Shown piece by piece: positions 46,682 to 56,992 of a stretch of DNA of 64,000 nt. The first letter of the stretch is position 1. Every line of letters starts with the position of its first letter. The stretch covers positions 2,112,001 to 2,176,000 of the forward strand of contig CBDDIJ010000002.1 of NCBI GenBank assembly GCA_965228855.1, written 5' to 3'. This stretch comes from Candidatus Obscuribacterales bacterium. GTDB lineage: Bacteria; Cyanobacteriota; Vampirovibrionia; Obscuribacterales; Obscuribacteraceae. The notes under the pieces were generated by a model. That model did no database searches and was not told the origin of the DNA. It was given only the letters and a program-made list of their open reading frames with translations. Both the position numbers and the translations under genes were made by a program.

Positions 46682-49600
46682 ATGGCGGAGCCGAGCCGCA
46701 TACAACTCCAGATGATGCTGGTGCAGCAGGCGGGTCCTGGTGCACTCCCTCTAAGCATCCTTCCACCGGCGAGCTTCTTGCCCTTTTTGCGGCAAGTGGA
46801 ACTGTTGACCGTGGAAGAACGGCTTCGTCCGGTGCTTGTCTACTGGTCGAGGCAGAGTGCCGCACGTCTGCTCCCAGCCGGGTCGCGCTTCCGCGAACTC
46901 ATGCGTGACGCCTGTGTTTCAATCTTCTCTGAAGACCGGCTAGATCCGCCTGACGAATGGTGTTTTCTCATCGAAAGTCATGGTCTCTGTCTGGTCGTTT
47001 ACGGGCAGCAAGCCCTGGAATCACCAGATGGAGAAAAATATCAGTGCACGGGGTCGATGGAGCCTGCGCTGGTTAAGCAAGCATTTGACCGCCTTCTGCC
47101 CAAGTGGCAACAGCTTGATTTGAGCGAGAGCAACCGCCTTGAAGATGCTCGCGCGAATCTCGGACCATCAGGCAGTGCGCCTCCATACATGCAGCGAATG
47201 CGTAGCGCGTGGCCTATCGTCAAAGCGCCGATTCAACAAGGGCTTATCCTTGATCCCTTGCACGGAGTCGGCGGTGGCGAGCCATTCGCGTCAGGACCGG
47301 CTATACCTGATACATCGATTGGAAAAATTCAACCGATTGCATTCGAGGGTGGTGGCGGCGGCAATACCAATCCCGGGCAAAACATCATTTTGCCGGTTTC
47401 ACCGATAATCTCGTCTTCGTCAGTAATTGCTCCATCACAGCCGTCATTAGGAACGCCTGTTATGGATGCTCGAACTGCTGCTACTGAAGCGAAGGGGGGA
47501 TCGGGTGCACCGCCTGTGCCACCACCGACCGTTGCTCTCGAGCTGGGTGATGATGGTTCGCCGGCCCAAATTCCAATGTTGCTGGATGAAAACGACGGCG
47601 CCGGCGAGGAAGTTTTAGGCTTGATGCCGCCTGCTGCTCAGTCAATCATTTCAGAAATCATCGGACGCTTGAGACACCAGAGCGATTTAAGTTCGATTCT
47701 GCAATTCGCGATTGAAATGTTGGCGCTAAACACCCACGCTGACCGAGGTCTGATCTGGCGAATCGAAGGCGATCATCTCAAAGTTACCAACGAGTTCTCC
47801 CTGAGCGGTCACAATTGTTTCCTTCAAAACCAGCTTACATCACATGAATCGATGGCAGTGGTATTCGAGTTCCTATCCCGCTTCCCAGATGAAACAGGGG
47901 TTGGCGTCATCAGTATCCCTAACACCTCCCGTGATACCAACCTCCATAAAGTTTCTCCGACGCTATCCTCGCTTATTGAACTCGGTGGTGTAAAAGCGCG
48001 CCTTATGGCACAGTTGCGCTCGCGTGGAACATTCTTCGGTTTCCTGGAACTGCAGCAGTGCAGCGGGCCTCGCGAATGGAATCCGATTGACGCCGTCGTT
48101 CTACAGAAAGTCGCTGAAGTTTTAGCCGTTGTTGTCCAACAAACTGCCGACCAATCGAAGATCGAGATGGACGCGCAGGAAATGAAGCTGATCAACGAGA
48201 TCGCAAGCCTCTTCCGCGAGTCACGCGGTATGTCGACGAAAGATTCTCTCGTGAAGTCGGTTATGTTGGTGGCGAAACACATGGGTTTCATCCACTCCGA
48301 AATCTATTTGTATAACAAAGAAGAGAGTGTTCTGGAGCCGCAAACGCGCGACTCACAAGTTGATTCAGTAGACATCAGCGATAAGGACAATCCGTTCGTT
48401 GAAGTTTTTAATTCCGGTCGCGGAAAGATGATCAACATCGAGTACACGCGAAAAGCAGATCCGTTTTTCAAGCACGATATGGCGCTCGTGCTTCCGCTTA
48501 CATCGGAAGGTTCACGGCTGGGTGTAATCGGCTTGTGGCAACGCTCTCAGGACCGACCGGAATTCCGACCGCAGGATAGAGAACTCGGTTTGACTATTGC
48601 CGGTCACTTGTCCAACGTTATCCGAGCCGACCAGGCGATTTTGCAGATCCGTTCGGATCAGGCTAGAGCCGCACTGATTAACAGGGTTTCCAGCGAAATC
48701 AGGAATGCGTTGAAACGTGCCGACCAGATCATGGACACGTTAGTCGAAGCTTTGCATGAGTTCTTCGACCTCGAACTCTGTGTCGCCGCTCTCTATGATG
48801 TTAACGATGAAACGTTCGGCGCCTCGAAAGTGGCTGGTGAAGAAAGTCTGACTCATGACCATGGAAATAATAATGGTTCTGTTTCACCTCTTGAGAGTCG
48901 GGATGCTAAACCGAAAAATCTGGGTGAACATCTTTTCACCGCCTATAAAGATCGCTTGAAGGAAGGAGAAGCGATCTTCCTGTCTAGCGATGAAATCATC
49001 GAGCAATTAGATGGAGAATTTCCGGAATTTCATGGTGGTACGGCAACGATGGTGCCGCTGTTCTACGCCGGTAACTTCAAGGCGGCACTATGCATGGTAT
49101 CAAAGGAGCAACAGACGCGTCAGCTTCCTGAGAAGGACATGCATATGGTGCTGGACCTTGCGGATAGAGTCGCAGTTGTGATTTCGCACGCGGAGCTGTT
49201 TGCGAAGGTCGAACTCGAATCTATCACAGATCCGATGACCGGGCTGTTTAACAGAAGGCACTTCGAAGGGCAGCTGAGTAAGGAAATTGACCGTTATCAG
49301 CGGTTCGGCCATCCATTCTCGTTTATCATCATCGACCTTGACTATTTGAAAAAGATCAACGACACCCTCGGTCACGACTATGGGGACGCGGCCATCAAAC
49401 ATATCGGAAATGTGCTCAAGAAGAGCGTTCGCGATGTGGATACCGTTGCTAGATTTGGTGGAGAAGAGTTCGTTGTGCTCCTGCCGGAGACCGATTTAAA
49501 ATGGGCTCGCATGGTCGCGGAGCGTATCTGTACGTCCATACGGGAGAAGTCTGTCGAAGGCATTGGAACCGTCACCGCTTCGGTAGGTGTCGCCGTGTTC

Positions 49601-50458
49601 CCTCGCGATGCGGACGATAAAGAGAAGCTGTTCGAACTTGCCGACAAGGCTTTGTTCCTCGCCAAACACCGCGGACGAAATCAGGTGTGTACGGTTGCTG
49701 AGGACCTGATGCCGAGCGGTAGCGAAGTAGCCATATCCGAGGATATGAAACGAAAAGTGGATGCCGATCGCTACGAGGCTATCGCAGAAGCCGAGGCTGG
49801 GGTGGCAACGGCAAAGGCAAAGGCGGAGGTCAAGCTCAAGCTCGATACCATTCCGGCATTCGATCTTGAGATGGTCGCCGACAAAGGCATTCTTGGAATT
49901 CTTGCCCAGATTATCAAAACGCTCGAAGAGAAGGATTCATACGGTCCGGACCGTTCTCCTCGCGTTTACAGCTATGCAAGCAAGATGGCTACATCGTTGC
50001 ACTTGTCTAAGGAGCACGCTGAAATTGTTTCACTAGCGGCGGTGCTCAGCAATTTAGGTAAGATTTCCATTCCCGAAGACATCCTCAAGAAGCCAGGCCC
50101 GTTGTCTGATTCTGAACTTGATGTTATCCATCAAACACCGACCGTCGGCGCAAAACTGCTCGAGCCGGCCAAACTTCTCTATCGCGTGTCTCAAATCATC
50201 GAGGCTTGTCACGAACACTGGGATGGACAGGGCTATCCCAACGGTTTGCGCGGACACGATATTCCAGTCGAAGCGCAGATCGTTTCACTCGTGGACTCGT
50301 ATGTTGCCATGACCAGCGACCGTCCATATCGCGGAGCCTTGTCCCACGATGAAACGGTTCGACAGATTCAAGCTGATTCCGGCAAGCGATGGGACGCCCG
50401 CCTGGTCAAAATCTTCTTGTCGATTTTACAGAAAGAGCAGAAGCAGACCGCTTCTTAG
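46682..50458 (+). CDS. Multi-sensor diguanylate cyclase: DICT-like, GAF domains, GGDEF, degenerate HD-GYP
   Basis: TDPMTGLFNRR, KKINDTLGH, RFGGEEF; HEHWDGQGYP; DAxDAMT-like DSYVAMTSDRPYR. Confidence 0.9.
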   Translation: MAEPSRIQLQMMLVQQAGPGALPLSILPPASFLPFLRQVELLTVEERLRPVLVYWSRQSAARLLPAGSRFRELMRDACVSIFSEDRLDPPDEWCFLIESHGLCLVVYGQQALESPDGEKYQCTGSMEPALVKQAFDRLLPKWQQLDLSESNRLEDARANLGPSGSAPPYMQRMRSAWPIVKAPIQQGLILDPLHGVGGGEPFASGPAIPDTSIGKIQPIAFEGGGGGNTNPGQNIILPVSPIISSSSVIAPSQPSLGTPVMDARTAATEAKGGSGAPPVPPPTVALELGDDGSPAQIPMLLDENDGAGEEVLGLMPPAAQSIISEIIGRLRHQSDLSSILQFAIEMLALNTHADRGLIWRIEGDHLKVTNEFSLSGHNCFLQNQLTSHESMAVVFEFLSRFPDETGVGVISIPNTSRDTNLHKVSPTLSSLIELGGVKARLMAQLRSRGTFFGFLELQQCSGPREWNPIDAVVLQKVAEVLAVVVQQTADQSKIEMDAQEMKLINEIASLFRESRGMSTKDSLVKSVMLVAKHMGFIHSEIYLYNKEESVLEPQTRDSQVDSVDISDKDNPFVEVFNSGRGKMINIEYTRKADPFFKHDMALVLPLTSEGSRLGVIGLWQRSQDRPEFRPQDRELGLTIAGHLSNVIRADQAILQIRSDQARAALINRVSSEIRNALKRADQIMDTLVEALHEFFDLELCVAALYDVNDETFGASKVAGEESLTHDHGNNNGSVSPLESRDAKPKNLGEHLFTAYKDRLKEGEAIFLSSDEIIEQLDGEFPEFHGGTATMVPLFYAGNFKAALCMVSKEQQTRQLPEKDMHMVLDLADRVAVVISHAELFAKVELESITDPMTGLFNRRHFEGQLSKEIDRYQRFGHPFSFIIIDLDYLKKINDTLGHDYGDAAIKHIGNVLKKSVRDVDTVARFGGEEFVVLLPETDLKWARMVAERICTSIREKSVEGIGTVTASVGVAVFPRDADDKEKLFELADKALFLAKHRGRNQVCTVAEDLMPSGSEVAISEDMKRKVDADRYEAIAEAEAGVATAKAKAEVKLKLDTIPAFDLEMVADKGILGILAQIIKTLEEKDSYGPDRSPRVYSYASKMATSLHLSKEHAEIVSLAAVLSNLGKISIPEDILKKPGPLSDSELDVIHQTPTVGAKLLEPAKLLYRVSQIIEACHEHWDGQGYPNGLRGHDIPVEAQIVSLVDSYVAMTSDRPYRGALSHDETVRQIQADSGKRWDARLVKIFLSILQKEQKQTAS

Positions 50459-50799
50459 TCGGGCTGCAGCTCAACGCGGTTTGAGCACCAGACTATGGGA
50501 TTCAGTTTCTTAGCCTTCTCGTCCGCGTTCGCTGCGTTGATGCCTGTGAACGTGATTAATCCGATGCGACCAGTTTTGTCCCGTCCCACAGAAATTTCCG
50601 GCAGTGCCGACGCCGCGTTCCATCTGCCGTTGTCGCGCTCCATCTGCTGCGCGACCTGTTCTAGGAGGTCCGGCTTTTGTGAATCCATTTGCCATAAGGT
50701 TTCCAGAAAGGAGGTCAGACTCTCCTTCCCGTCAAGAACCTCAAAAGCCCTTCGCCTGATTTGCAGAGCGAGCTGTTCGACGTCTTCAATCAAAACCAC
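50455..50799 (-). CDS. Hypothetical protein
   Basis: GAGGA RBS; 114-aa ORF convergent with the cyclase gene. Confidence 0.55.
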   Translation of the reverse strand: MVLIEDVEQLALQIRRRAFEVLDGKESLTSFLETLWQMDSQKPDLLEQVAQQMERDNGRWNAASALPEISVGRDKTGRIGLITFTGINAANADEKAKKLNPIVWCSNRVELQPD

Positions 50800-50930
50800 G
50801 TCCTCGGATTTAGAGCTTGATTCTAGCCTGCCGGGTAAACAGTATCAATTGATTGCAAATTAGCGTTAAATGGTTCAGGGCATTACGATTGTTATTGGGA
50901 AACCGCCGGGCGCAAGCGTACAGTATAGAA

Positions 50931-52868
50931 ATGACGGATTCTATCGAGCAAAAGGAAAAGATTTCTCTTCGTGTCACGGACGCGGTGGATTCGACTGCGG
51001 CCGAAGCTGTGGCAGACCTGTCTGGCGAGCAAGTTGCTAAGGACGCTGAAGTGCCGGTTCCTCAGTTTCAAGATGCTGCTTCACAAATACATGCGCCGAT
51101 TGACGCTGCACCGGATTTTAGCGGTCGGTTTCAGGTTTTAAACCGCATTGGCGAGGGCGGTATGGGCGTCGTTTACAAGGTTTTTGACCCGGCGCTCGAA
51201 AAGGTTTTTGCGGTTAAGGTGCTCAAATCCTTTCTTTCCGGTGACAAGCATGCTTTGAAAAGATTCCAGAGAGAGGCTGAGGCTGCGATCAGTTTGAACC
51301 ATCATGGTCTGGTTTCAATTTACGAGCATGGCGTTACGGCTGATGGTACGCCGTTTCTCCTGATGGACTACATCGACGGGAAAAATCTTGCAGAGGTGAT
51401 TGCGCAAGGCGGCAAAATTGAAACATCCCGTTGTCTCAGGCTATTTTCTCAAGTGATTGAGGCGATACAGCATGTTCATAGCGCTGGATTGATTCACCGA
51501 GACATCAAGCCTCGGAACATAATTTTGTTTAAAACAGAAGCCGGTGAGGAGGCGATTAAGCTGGTCGATTTTGGAATCGCCAAAGAATCTGCTCCTGTTG
51601 GTGATACTACATCTGGTGTTACTCAGACCGGCGAGTTTCTGGGCAGCCCTCTGTACATGAGTCCCGAACAGTGTCACGGAGCAGAGCTCGAGCAACGTTC
51701 CGACATCTATTCGGCTGGTTGTGTGTTCTATGAAATGCTCACCGGTGCAACTCCATTTGCCAGTAACAATCCGGTAAAGATTGTCGTCGGTCACTTGAAT
51801 GAAAAACCGACCGCGCCCTCCACGCTGATGCCGGATAAGCCGGCATTGTCGGAGGCGCTCGACAGAATAACTCTCAAATGTCTGGAGAAAAATCCCGACT
51901 ATCGGTACCACTCGGCGGCTGCACTGCTTCACGATTTGAGCCTGGTTGAGAGCAATCAAAATCCGTTTGAAGAACGGGCAAAACAGGATCGCAAGTTGCT
52001 TTTCGCGTTTTGTAGTTTGATGGGATTGATGATGTGTGTCGTTCTTGGTGCCAGCTTCATTCCATTCGATACGGGTACCTTTACCGGCGCGATTCGTCCG
52101 CACGCCGTGCCGATATTCATCGTCAGCGTCCTGACGTTTTTGTCCTTGAGCAAGCTTATGACCGTTATGCGCACCCAGGGGCAAAAGCCCCAATCGCGGG
52201 CTGTGACAATGGTGCCGTGGACGGTATCATATCTGTCCATGTTGGGAGCTTATGTCATGCTTCCGAAGGTGCCGGATGAACCATCGGCGGTGATCGCATA
52301 TGTAGGTGCGTTTACGCTCACCCTGGTTGGGATGTTCGGCGTTTTCTTCAGATATCTGTCGGCCCCGAAGGAGTCATTTCTAGCGCCTCTTGAGAATGCC
52401 GGTCACCGCTCACCGACTGCTGATGAAAACCGACTGCTTAGACTGTTCAGAACATTCATTCTACTCAGTGCCGCATTCATGGCTCTTTATTGCAAAGCTC
52501 CAACCACTGTCTGGTTGAGCAATATACTTCCTTTTGTTGGTCCGGCGCTGTTTTTGCTGGCGACTGCGGGCGTAACATTTTCAGTAGCGCGTAAATTCAG
52601 GCGAAAGAAAGAGCAGATCAGACCAGGCGATCGCTGGCTTCTGTTGGGCTGCGGCTCGTTTCTTGCTTACATAATTTCTGATCTCGGGCAGGTTGTTTTA
52701 GACACTTTGAAAAACAATTTCATGATTGCCTTGCCGCAGTATACGCCAATCTACAGTGCTGTTGTTACCCTGGAATTTGCGTCTATGATTCTAACAGTTG
52801 CGTTCGCGATGGTCTTTCTTGCGCGTCGAAGTAGCGTCAGTCCATTTGGAAAGTCTGATGGATGGTAG
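50931..52868 (+). CDS. Hanks-type Ser/Thr protein kinase with multi-pass C-terminal membrane domain
   Basis: IGEGGMGVVY, AVK, HRDIKPRN, DFG, YMSPEQ, SDIYS; about 8 hydrophobic helices. Confidence 0.93.
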   Translation: MTDSIEQKEKISLRVTDAVDSTAAEAVADLSGEQVAKDAEVPVPQFQDAASQIHAPIDAAPDFSGRFQVLNRIGEGGMGVVYKVFDPALEKVFAVKVLKSFLSGDKHALKRFQREAEAAISLNHHGLVSIYEHGVTADGTPFLLMDYIDGKNLAEVIAQGGKIETSRCLRLFSQVIEAIQHVHSAGLIHRDIKPRNIILFKTEAGEEAIKLVDFGIAKESAPVGDTTSGVTQTGEFLGSPLYMSPEQCHGAELEQRSDIYSAGCVFYEMLTGATPFASNNPVKIVVGHLNEKPTAPSTLMPDKPALSEALDRITLKCLEKNPDYRYHSAAALLHDLSLVESNQNPFEERAKQDRKLLFAFCSLMGLMMCVVLGASFIPFDTGTFTGAIRPHAVPIFIVSVLTFLSLSKLMTVMRTQGQKPQSRAVTMVPWTVSYLSMLGAYVMLPKVPDEPSAVIAYVGAFTLTLVGMFGVFFRYLSAPKESFLAPLENAGHRSPTADENRLLRLFRTFILLSAAFMALYCKAPTTVWLSNILPFVGPALFLLATAGVTFSVARKFRRKKEQIRPGDRWLLLGCGSFLAYIISDLGQVVLDTLKNNFMIALPQYTPIYSAVVTLEFASMILTVAFAMVFLARRSSVSPFGKSDGW

Positions 52869-52921
52869 TCTGTGCGAGCCGCTGGCGGGCAAACGACTTT
52901 GTAGTTACTTCCTTGTAAGCT

Positions 52922-53140
52922 CTACTGCTCACGAGCTTCGGAACTGCTGCGATATGCGGTGCAGACGACTGCCGCGGGGCGTTCTGCTTTCAAACAGTCG
53001 TTATCGTTGTTGAACCGGCAATCGTCGCAGAGAAACTTGCCTTTACCCTGACTGGAACCGGCCGCATAGATCGAGATTGTGCTGGCGATCGCGACAGTCA
53101 GCAACAAGAAAACGACTTGCCAATCGGTTATCTGTTCCAT
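52922..53140 (-). CDS. Small membrane protein with four-Cys motif
   Basis: TM helix followed by CDDC..NDC..VC; GAGGGA RBS. Confidence 0.6.
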   Translation of the reverse strand: MEQITDWQVVFLLLTVAIASTISIYAAGSSQGKGKFLCDDCRFNNDNDCLKAERPAAVVCTAYRSSSEAREQ

Positions 53141-53261
53141 CTTCCCTCGGTGAGCCGGCTTTGTGACAGCGTTGGGCAATCGTCAATTGAGATGCCAAGC
53201 AACGCGCCTTCACGGTATGATTATCTGTTAATCGGCTCCGAGCACGAGCTCGCGGTCGGCG

Positions 53262-54242
53262 ATGTTTCTAATCAACGTGAGTATGATGCATTCTATCAAC
53301 GTAAGGTCTGGAATTTCCTTGTCACGTCAAGTTCTTGTGAGTCTTTTAATGGCGGTGTATTCACCTGCATGCGCACAAACTTCCAGACCGCCGTCAAAGC
53401 CTGCAACGAATACGAAAACTATCACTACTAAAACATCCGTCAAATCCGATTCGACGATTAAAACTGGTGCGACTGCTAAGAGCGGTGTAGCGGCGAAAAC
53501 GAAAACAGGCGAAAGTACCTTTAGAAACGCCATGGTTCTTGATGATCCGACGGCACCTCCCACCGGTAAGAAGGTTGATGTTTGGGAGCTGAAACAAACC
53601 TCCGTTATGGCCGGCCCGATTACTTGCCTGATATCACCACAGGCGGTGCGGCTCCGGGTAGAAAAACTCGGTATCACCTGGATGTTCAAAGGACCAAAGT
53701 GGGATGCCTACCTGTTTAATACAGAAACGAAGAATTATTGCAGCTTCCCTTATGCGGAATGGAAAGACAAAGCATTCTTTATGCCCAGCCAGAAAAGCGG
53801 TCGAGCAAAATCGGATATGGCCAACATGAAGGCTGAGAAGACCGGTAAGACCGTCAGTATCTCAGGTTCCAAAGCTTTTGAGGTGGCTCTGACTCGCCAG
53901 AATGGCACTAAATACGGTGAACTGTGGATGGCTGAAGGTATCGTCGCTCCGAAGCAATTTTCAGAGGTGGTCGGAGGCATGGTCATGGTTCCCATCAAAA
54001 CTGGTGGAACGCCCTTGCGAGCCGCTGTTTTCAAAGAACGCCAGGGAAAGCTAGTCCAGGTTCTCGATACCACTATTGCCACCAAGAAATCTGTTGACTC
54101 TTGTGTGTTCGAGCCAATGAAGGGCTACAACAAGGTGAAGGATGAGATGGCGCTGCTATTTGCGGAAAGCCCGGAAGGCTCAGCAGGCATGTTTGAAACG
54201 CAGAACGGAAAGTCGCCGTTGCGTGGACCCGGTGGGCTTTAG
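53262..54242 (+). CDS. Secreted hypothetical protein
   Basis: Signal-like segment, Thr/Lys-rich linker, globular C-terminal domain. Confidence 0.7.
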   Translation: MFLINVSMMHSINVRSGISLSRQVLVSLLMAVYSPACAQTSRPPSKPATNTKTITTKTSVKSDSTIKTGATAKSGVAAKTKTGESTFRNAMVLDDPTAPPTGKKVDVWELKQTSVMAGPITCLISPQAVRLRVEKLGITWMFKGPKWDAYLFNTETKNYCSFPYAEWKDKAFFMPSQKSGRAKSDMANMKAEKTGKTVSISGSKAFEVALTRQNGTKYGELWMAEGIVAPKQFSEVVGGMVMVPIKTGGTPLRAAVFKERQGKLVQVLDTTIATKKSVDSCVFEPMKGYNKVKDEMALLFAESPEGSAGMFETQNGKSPLRGPGGL

Positions 54243-54302
54243 CTCAGGGTTTCTCAGAACGGTTCGCAACCGGCGTAGGACCGGAGAGGCGCTGCTGCGA
54301 GC

Positions 54303-55418
54303 TTATTGAGGGCTTGGACCGAATAGTTCAGGCGCGAACTGACGAACGCATGGAACGGTGACTGCTGCGGCAAATTTCTTCATCTCGGCATTCGTCTCTA
54401 CGTCCCGTCCGCGGCGGGCGACTACTCCGACTACTTTTCCTCGCACGTTCAGAACCGGACCACCGCTGTTTCCTACACCAACGGCTGCATCGACTTGCAG
54501 TGTCCTTGGTGTCACACGGCTGACCCGTCCATTGCTGAACGTCGGTGTGAAATACTGAGAGGAGTCCTGATCGATCTGATCCGACTCCAGTGGATAGCCG
54601 ATGACCTGTACTTCTTGACCCTCTGTTGGTTCAATTGGGTCAAGTTCTAACGCAGGAATTCTTGTGTTTTTTACGAACAGGAGAGCCAGATCAGGCTCGT
54701 CGGGAGTCTGCCCTGACATCCGGTAAAGATGCCCTTTTAGAGGTGTCTGCGTGGCAGAACCTGGGGGATGGATAAAGTTTCCAACGTCGCTTTGAACACC
54801 AACTATGGTGGCGTATCTTTTGAACATGTTGCGAATCGGATCTGCACGCTCAGATAAATAGGACTCATAGCAATCCCAGATGGCATCTACTGTTTGACCG
54901 TATGCGGTTTTTTCTCCGACGTTCATTCGCTTTGTCTGGGACCAGTTGACGATTGTCTGCAATTCACGATAGCGTCCGTCCGCATCCCGGCCGCCTGCTG
55001 TTTGTTCTGCGTAAAGGCGCATGGCTGCAAAAAAGCGCTCGCACTCTTTTATGTGCAGGTCTGCCTTATCGACAACGTGTCTGCTGGTCAAGAAATATGT
55101 TCCATCGGTTTTAGCCGCTTTTACAGGAAATGCCGTCCCATAGCTCATCACTCTCCAGCCGCGATACTGGGGGCTGGTAGTGTAGACCGGGAGGTGGAGC
55201 TTCGGTGACAGGTCGGAGAGTTGCGCAAATTGACCGTCTTTCAGCTTCAAAACTAAACCGACGTTTACTTGATAGACCTGGTTTTTTACTATTTTGTCGA
55301 CCTTCTCCCAGGACTCAACAGGTTTGCACTGACCTGGCGATGCTGATGCGCAAACGAAAAACAAAGCCGCGGTCAGTGCCGCGAACGCCCGGATTGTTTT
55401 TTCTCTGGTTACCGCCAT
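54303..55418 (-). CDS. Secreted trypsin-like (S1) serine protease
   Basis: LTSRHVV (His), DLALL (Asp), GNSGGP (Ser). Confidence 0.88.
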   Translation of the reverse strand: MAVTREKTIRAFAALTAALFFVCASASPGQCKPVESWEKVDKIVKNQVYQVNVGLVLKLKDGQFAQLSDLSPKLHLPVYTTSPQYRGWRVMSYGTAFPVKAAKTDGTYFLTSRHVVDKADLHIKECERFFAAMRLYAEQTAGGRDADGRYRELQTIVNWSQTKRMNVGEKTAYGQTVDAIWDCYESYLSERADPIRNMFKRYATIVGVQSDVGNFIHPPGSATQTPLKGHLYRMSGQTPDEPDLALLFVKNTRIPALELDPIEPTEGQEVQVIGYPLESDQIDQDSSQYFTPTFSNGRVSRVTPRTLQVDAAVGVGNSGGPVLNVRGKVVGVVARRGRDVETNAEMKKFAAAVTVPCVRQFAPELFGPSPQ

Positions 55419-55434
55419 GCGCTTAATGCCTGGT

Positions 55435-56949
55435 CTAACGGTCTTCGAAACACACTTCTAGTTCAAACGTACGTTTCCATGGGAAGCTAACGCGCAGATT
55501 GCCTGGCTCGAACTTCATCGATTGTCCGATCTTTGCCAGATACGGGCGAATCAATTGTGCAAGTTGGTCAATCGATGCATCTGCTGTTAGTTGAGGACGT
55601 ACTCGGGTTTGATATGCCCAGTCGTCAGCAAGTCTAGTGAACATACAGCGATTGAAGGCCTTGTCCGTAAGCTCATTGCGACGCTGAGTTCTGATCGCAA
55701 ACAACCTGGCCACACCCATACTCAGTGCTGAGCCAATGGTATTACCTGTGGTGTTCCACCCCGCGTAGCCTATAAGCTTGGCGATGAGGTCAGGGCGTTG
55801 AATCAGTTCTTCTGAAAGCAAAGGATCGGAACCGTTGGCATAAGCGACATCGCAAAGGATGCAAGGAGTAGTTGCTTTCTCAAGGATAGCAATTGTTTCC
55901 TTCACCTGCATTCTGGTATCGATTTGGCGCAAATCTGGCTGACCAGGTAAGAGAATATGATCTCCCTGCTGAACATCGGAACCGTGCATCACAATGGTGA
56001 TATCGATTGTATTGCCACCATTCGACGAGCCGTCGAATTCGTTAACGAATTCGATGCCTGCTGCTTCGACCTGGGATTCGAGCGTTTCTCCGACGGTCTG
56101 ACCCTCATACCGGCTGGGGCAGTTGGCCACTCCTGGCGGGCTGAATACCGGTTTTGCACGGATCTTCACGTTACTCGTTCTAAGCTGATCGTTCAGCCAG
56201 GATGACAGCAGGGTGTCGATAACCTCATCGGCACCGGGATAGGAAAAGACCTTTTTCGTCAGACCTTGTTGCTGAACTTTCAGCACGAGTTTCTCGCGTT
56301 CCAAAACATTCAAGCCTTGATTGCCGGAATCGTCCACACTGACAATTAATCGGTCGATCAACTTATCGCCGACCATGTCGACTATTTCCTGATTTATCTG
56401 GAAGTTTCTAAAGCGAAGCTTGAGGTAGTCGTCGCGAATTTCGAGCGGGATTCTTCTCTCGTATGAATCAAGCAGACCCTGATTGACCTTATTCGTTTTC
56501 GACATGCGGTAGAGGACACCGGACCACTCGAAGATTTCTTTGCCGTAGCGAGCCCAGTATTGTTTTTCTTCGGTATTGTCGTAGTTGTCCGAGATTCGCA
56601 TGATGCTTGTCTGCGCGAATATCTTCGGTTTGTCTTTGCCGTTTGGACGCCATTTCTTGAGGCTGCCCAGGCGCTTTGCAATGGTTTTTGCCGGATCGTC
56701 GCATCTACGCGACGTAATCAGCCCACCATACAGAATGCTGTCCAGACCTATGATTACGACGTCTAATTGGTTTCGCTCGAGGGTCGTATTAATCCAACCG
56801 ATCAGGGAGTCAATCTGGGCGGCGTGAAATAGTGAGCCCATTAACGACCGCGGAGGCGCAATAATCTCGATGCCCGCCGCATTGGCAATCATGGACGGAA
56901 AAACGTAAGTTACTGGTCTGTCATCGAGAGGTATTAGTAGTGCTTTCAT
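55435..56949 (-). CDS. DUF4127-family protein
   Basis: LIPLDDRP, LYGGLITSR, YPGADEV, DVAYANG, YAGWNTTGNTIG, DDWAYQ. Confidence 0.85.
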   Translation of the reverse strand: MKALLIPLDDRPVTYVFPSMIANAAGIEIIAPPRSLMGSLFHAAQIDSLIGWINTTLERNQLDVVIIGLDSILYGGLITSRRCDDPAKTIAKRLGSLKKWRPNGKDKPKIFAQTSIMRISDNYDNTEEKQYWARYGKEIFEWSGVLYRMSKTNKVNQGLLDSYERRIPLEIRDDYLKLRFRNFQINQEIVDMVGDKLIDRLIVSVDDSGNQGLNVLEREKLVLKVQQQGLTKKVFSYPGADEVIDTLLSSWLNDQLRTSNVKIRAKPVFSPPGVANCPSRYEGQTVGETLESQVEAAGIEFVNEFDGSSNGGNTIDITIVMHGSDVQQGDHILLPGQPDLRQIDTRMQVKETIAILEKATTPCILCDVAYANGSDPLLSEELIQRPDLIAKLIGYAGWNTTGNTIGSALSMGVARLFAIRTQRRNELTDKAFNRCMFTRLADDWAYQTRVRPQLTADASIDQLAQLIRPYLAKIGQSMKFEPGNLRVSFPWKRTFELEVCFEDR

Positions 56950-56992
56950 TCAGTTGATTCCGCTTGCCGCCAGGGTCTCCGTGCTCTCAAAT

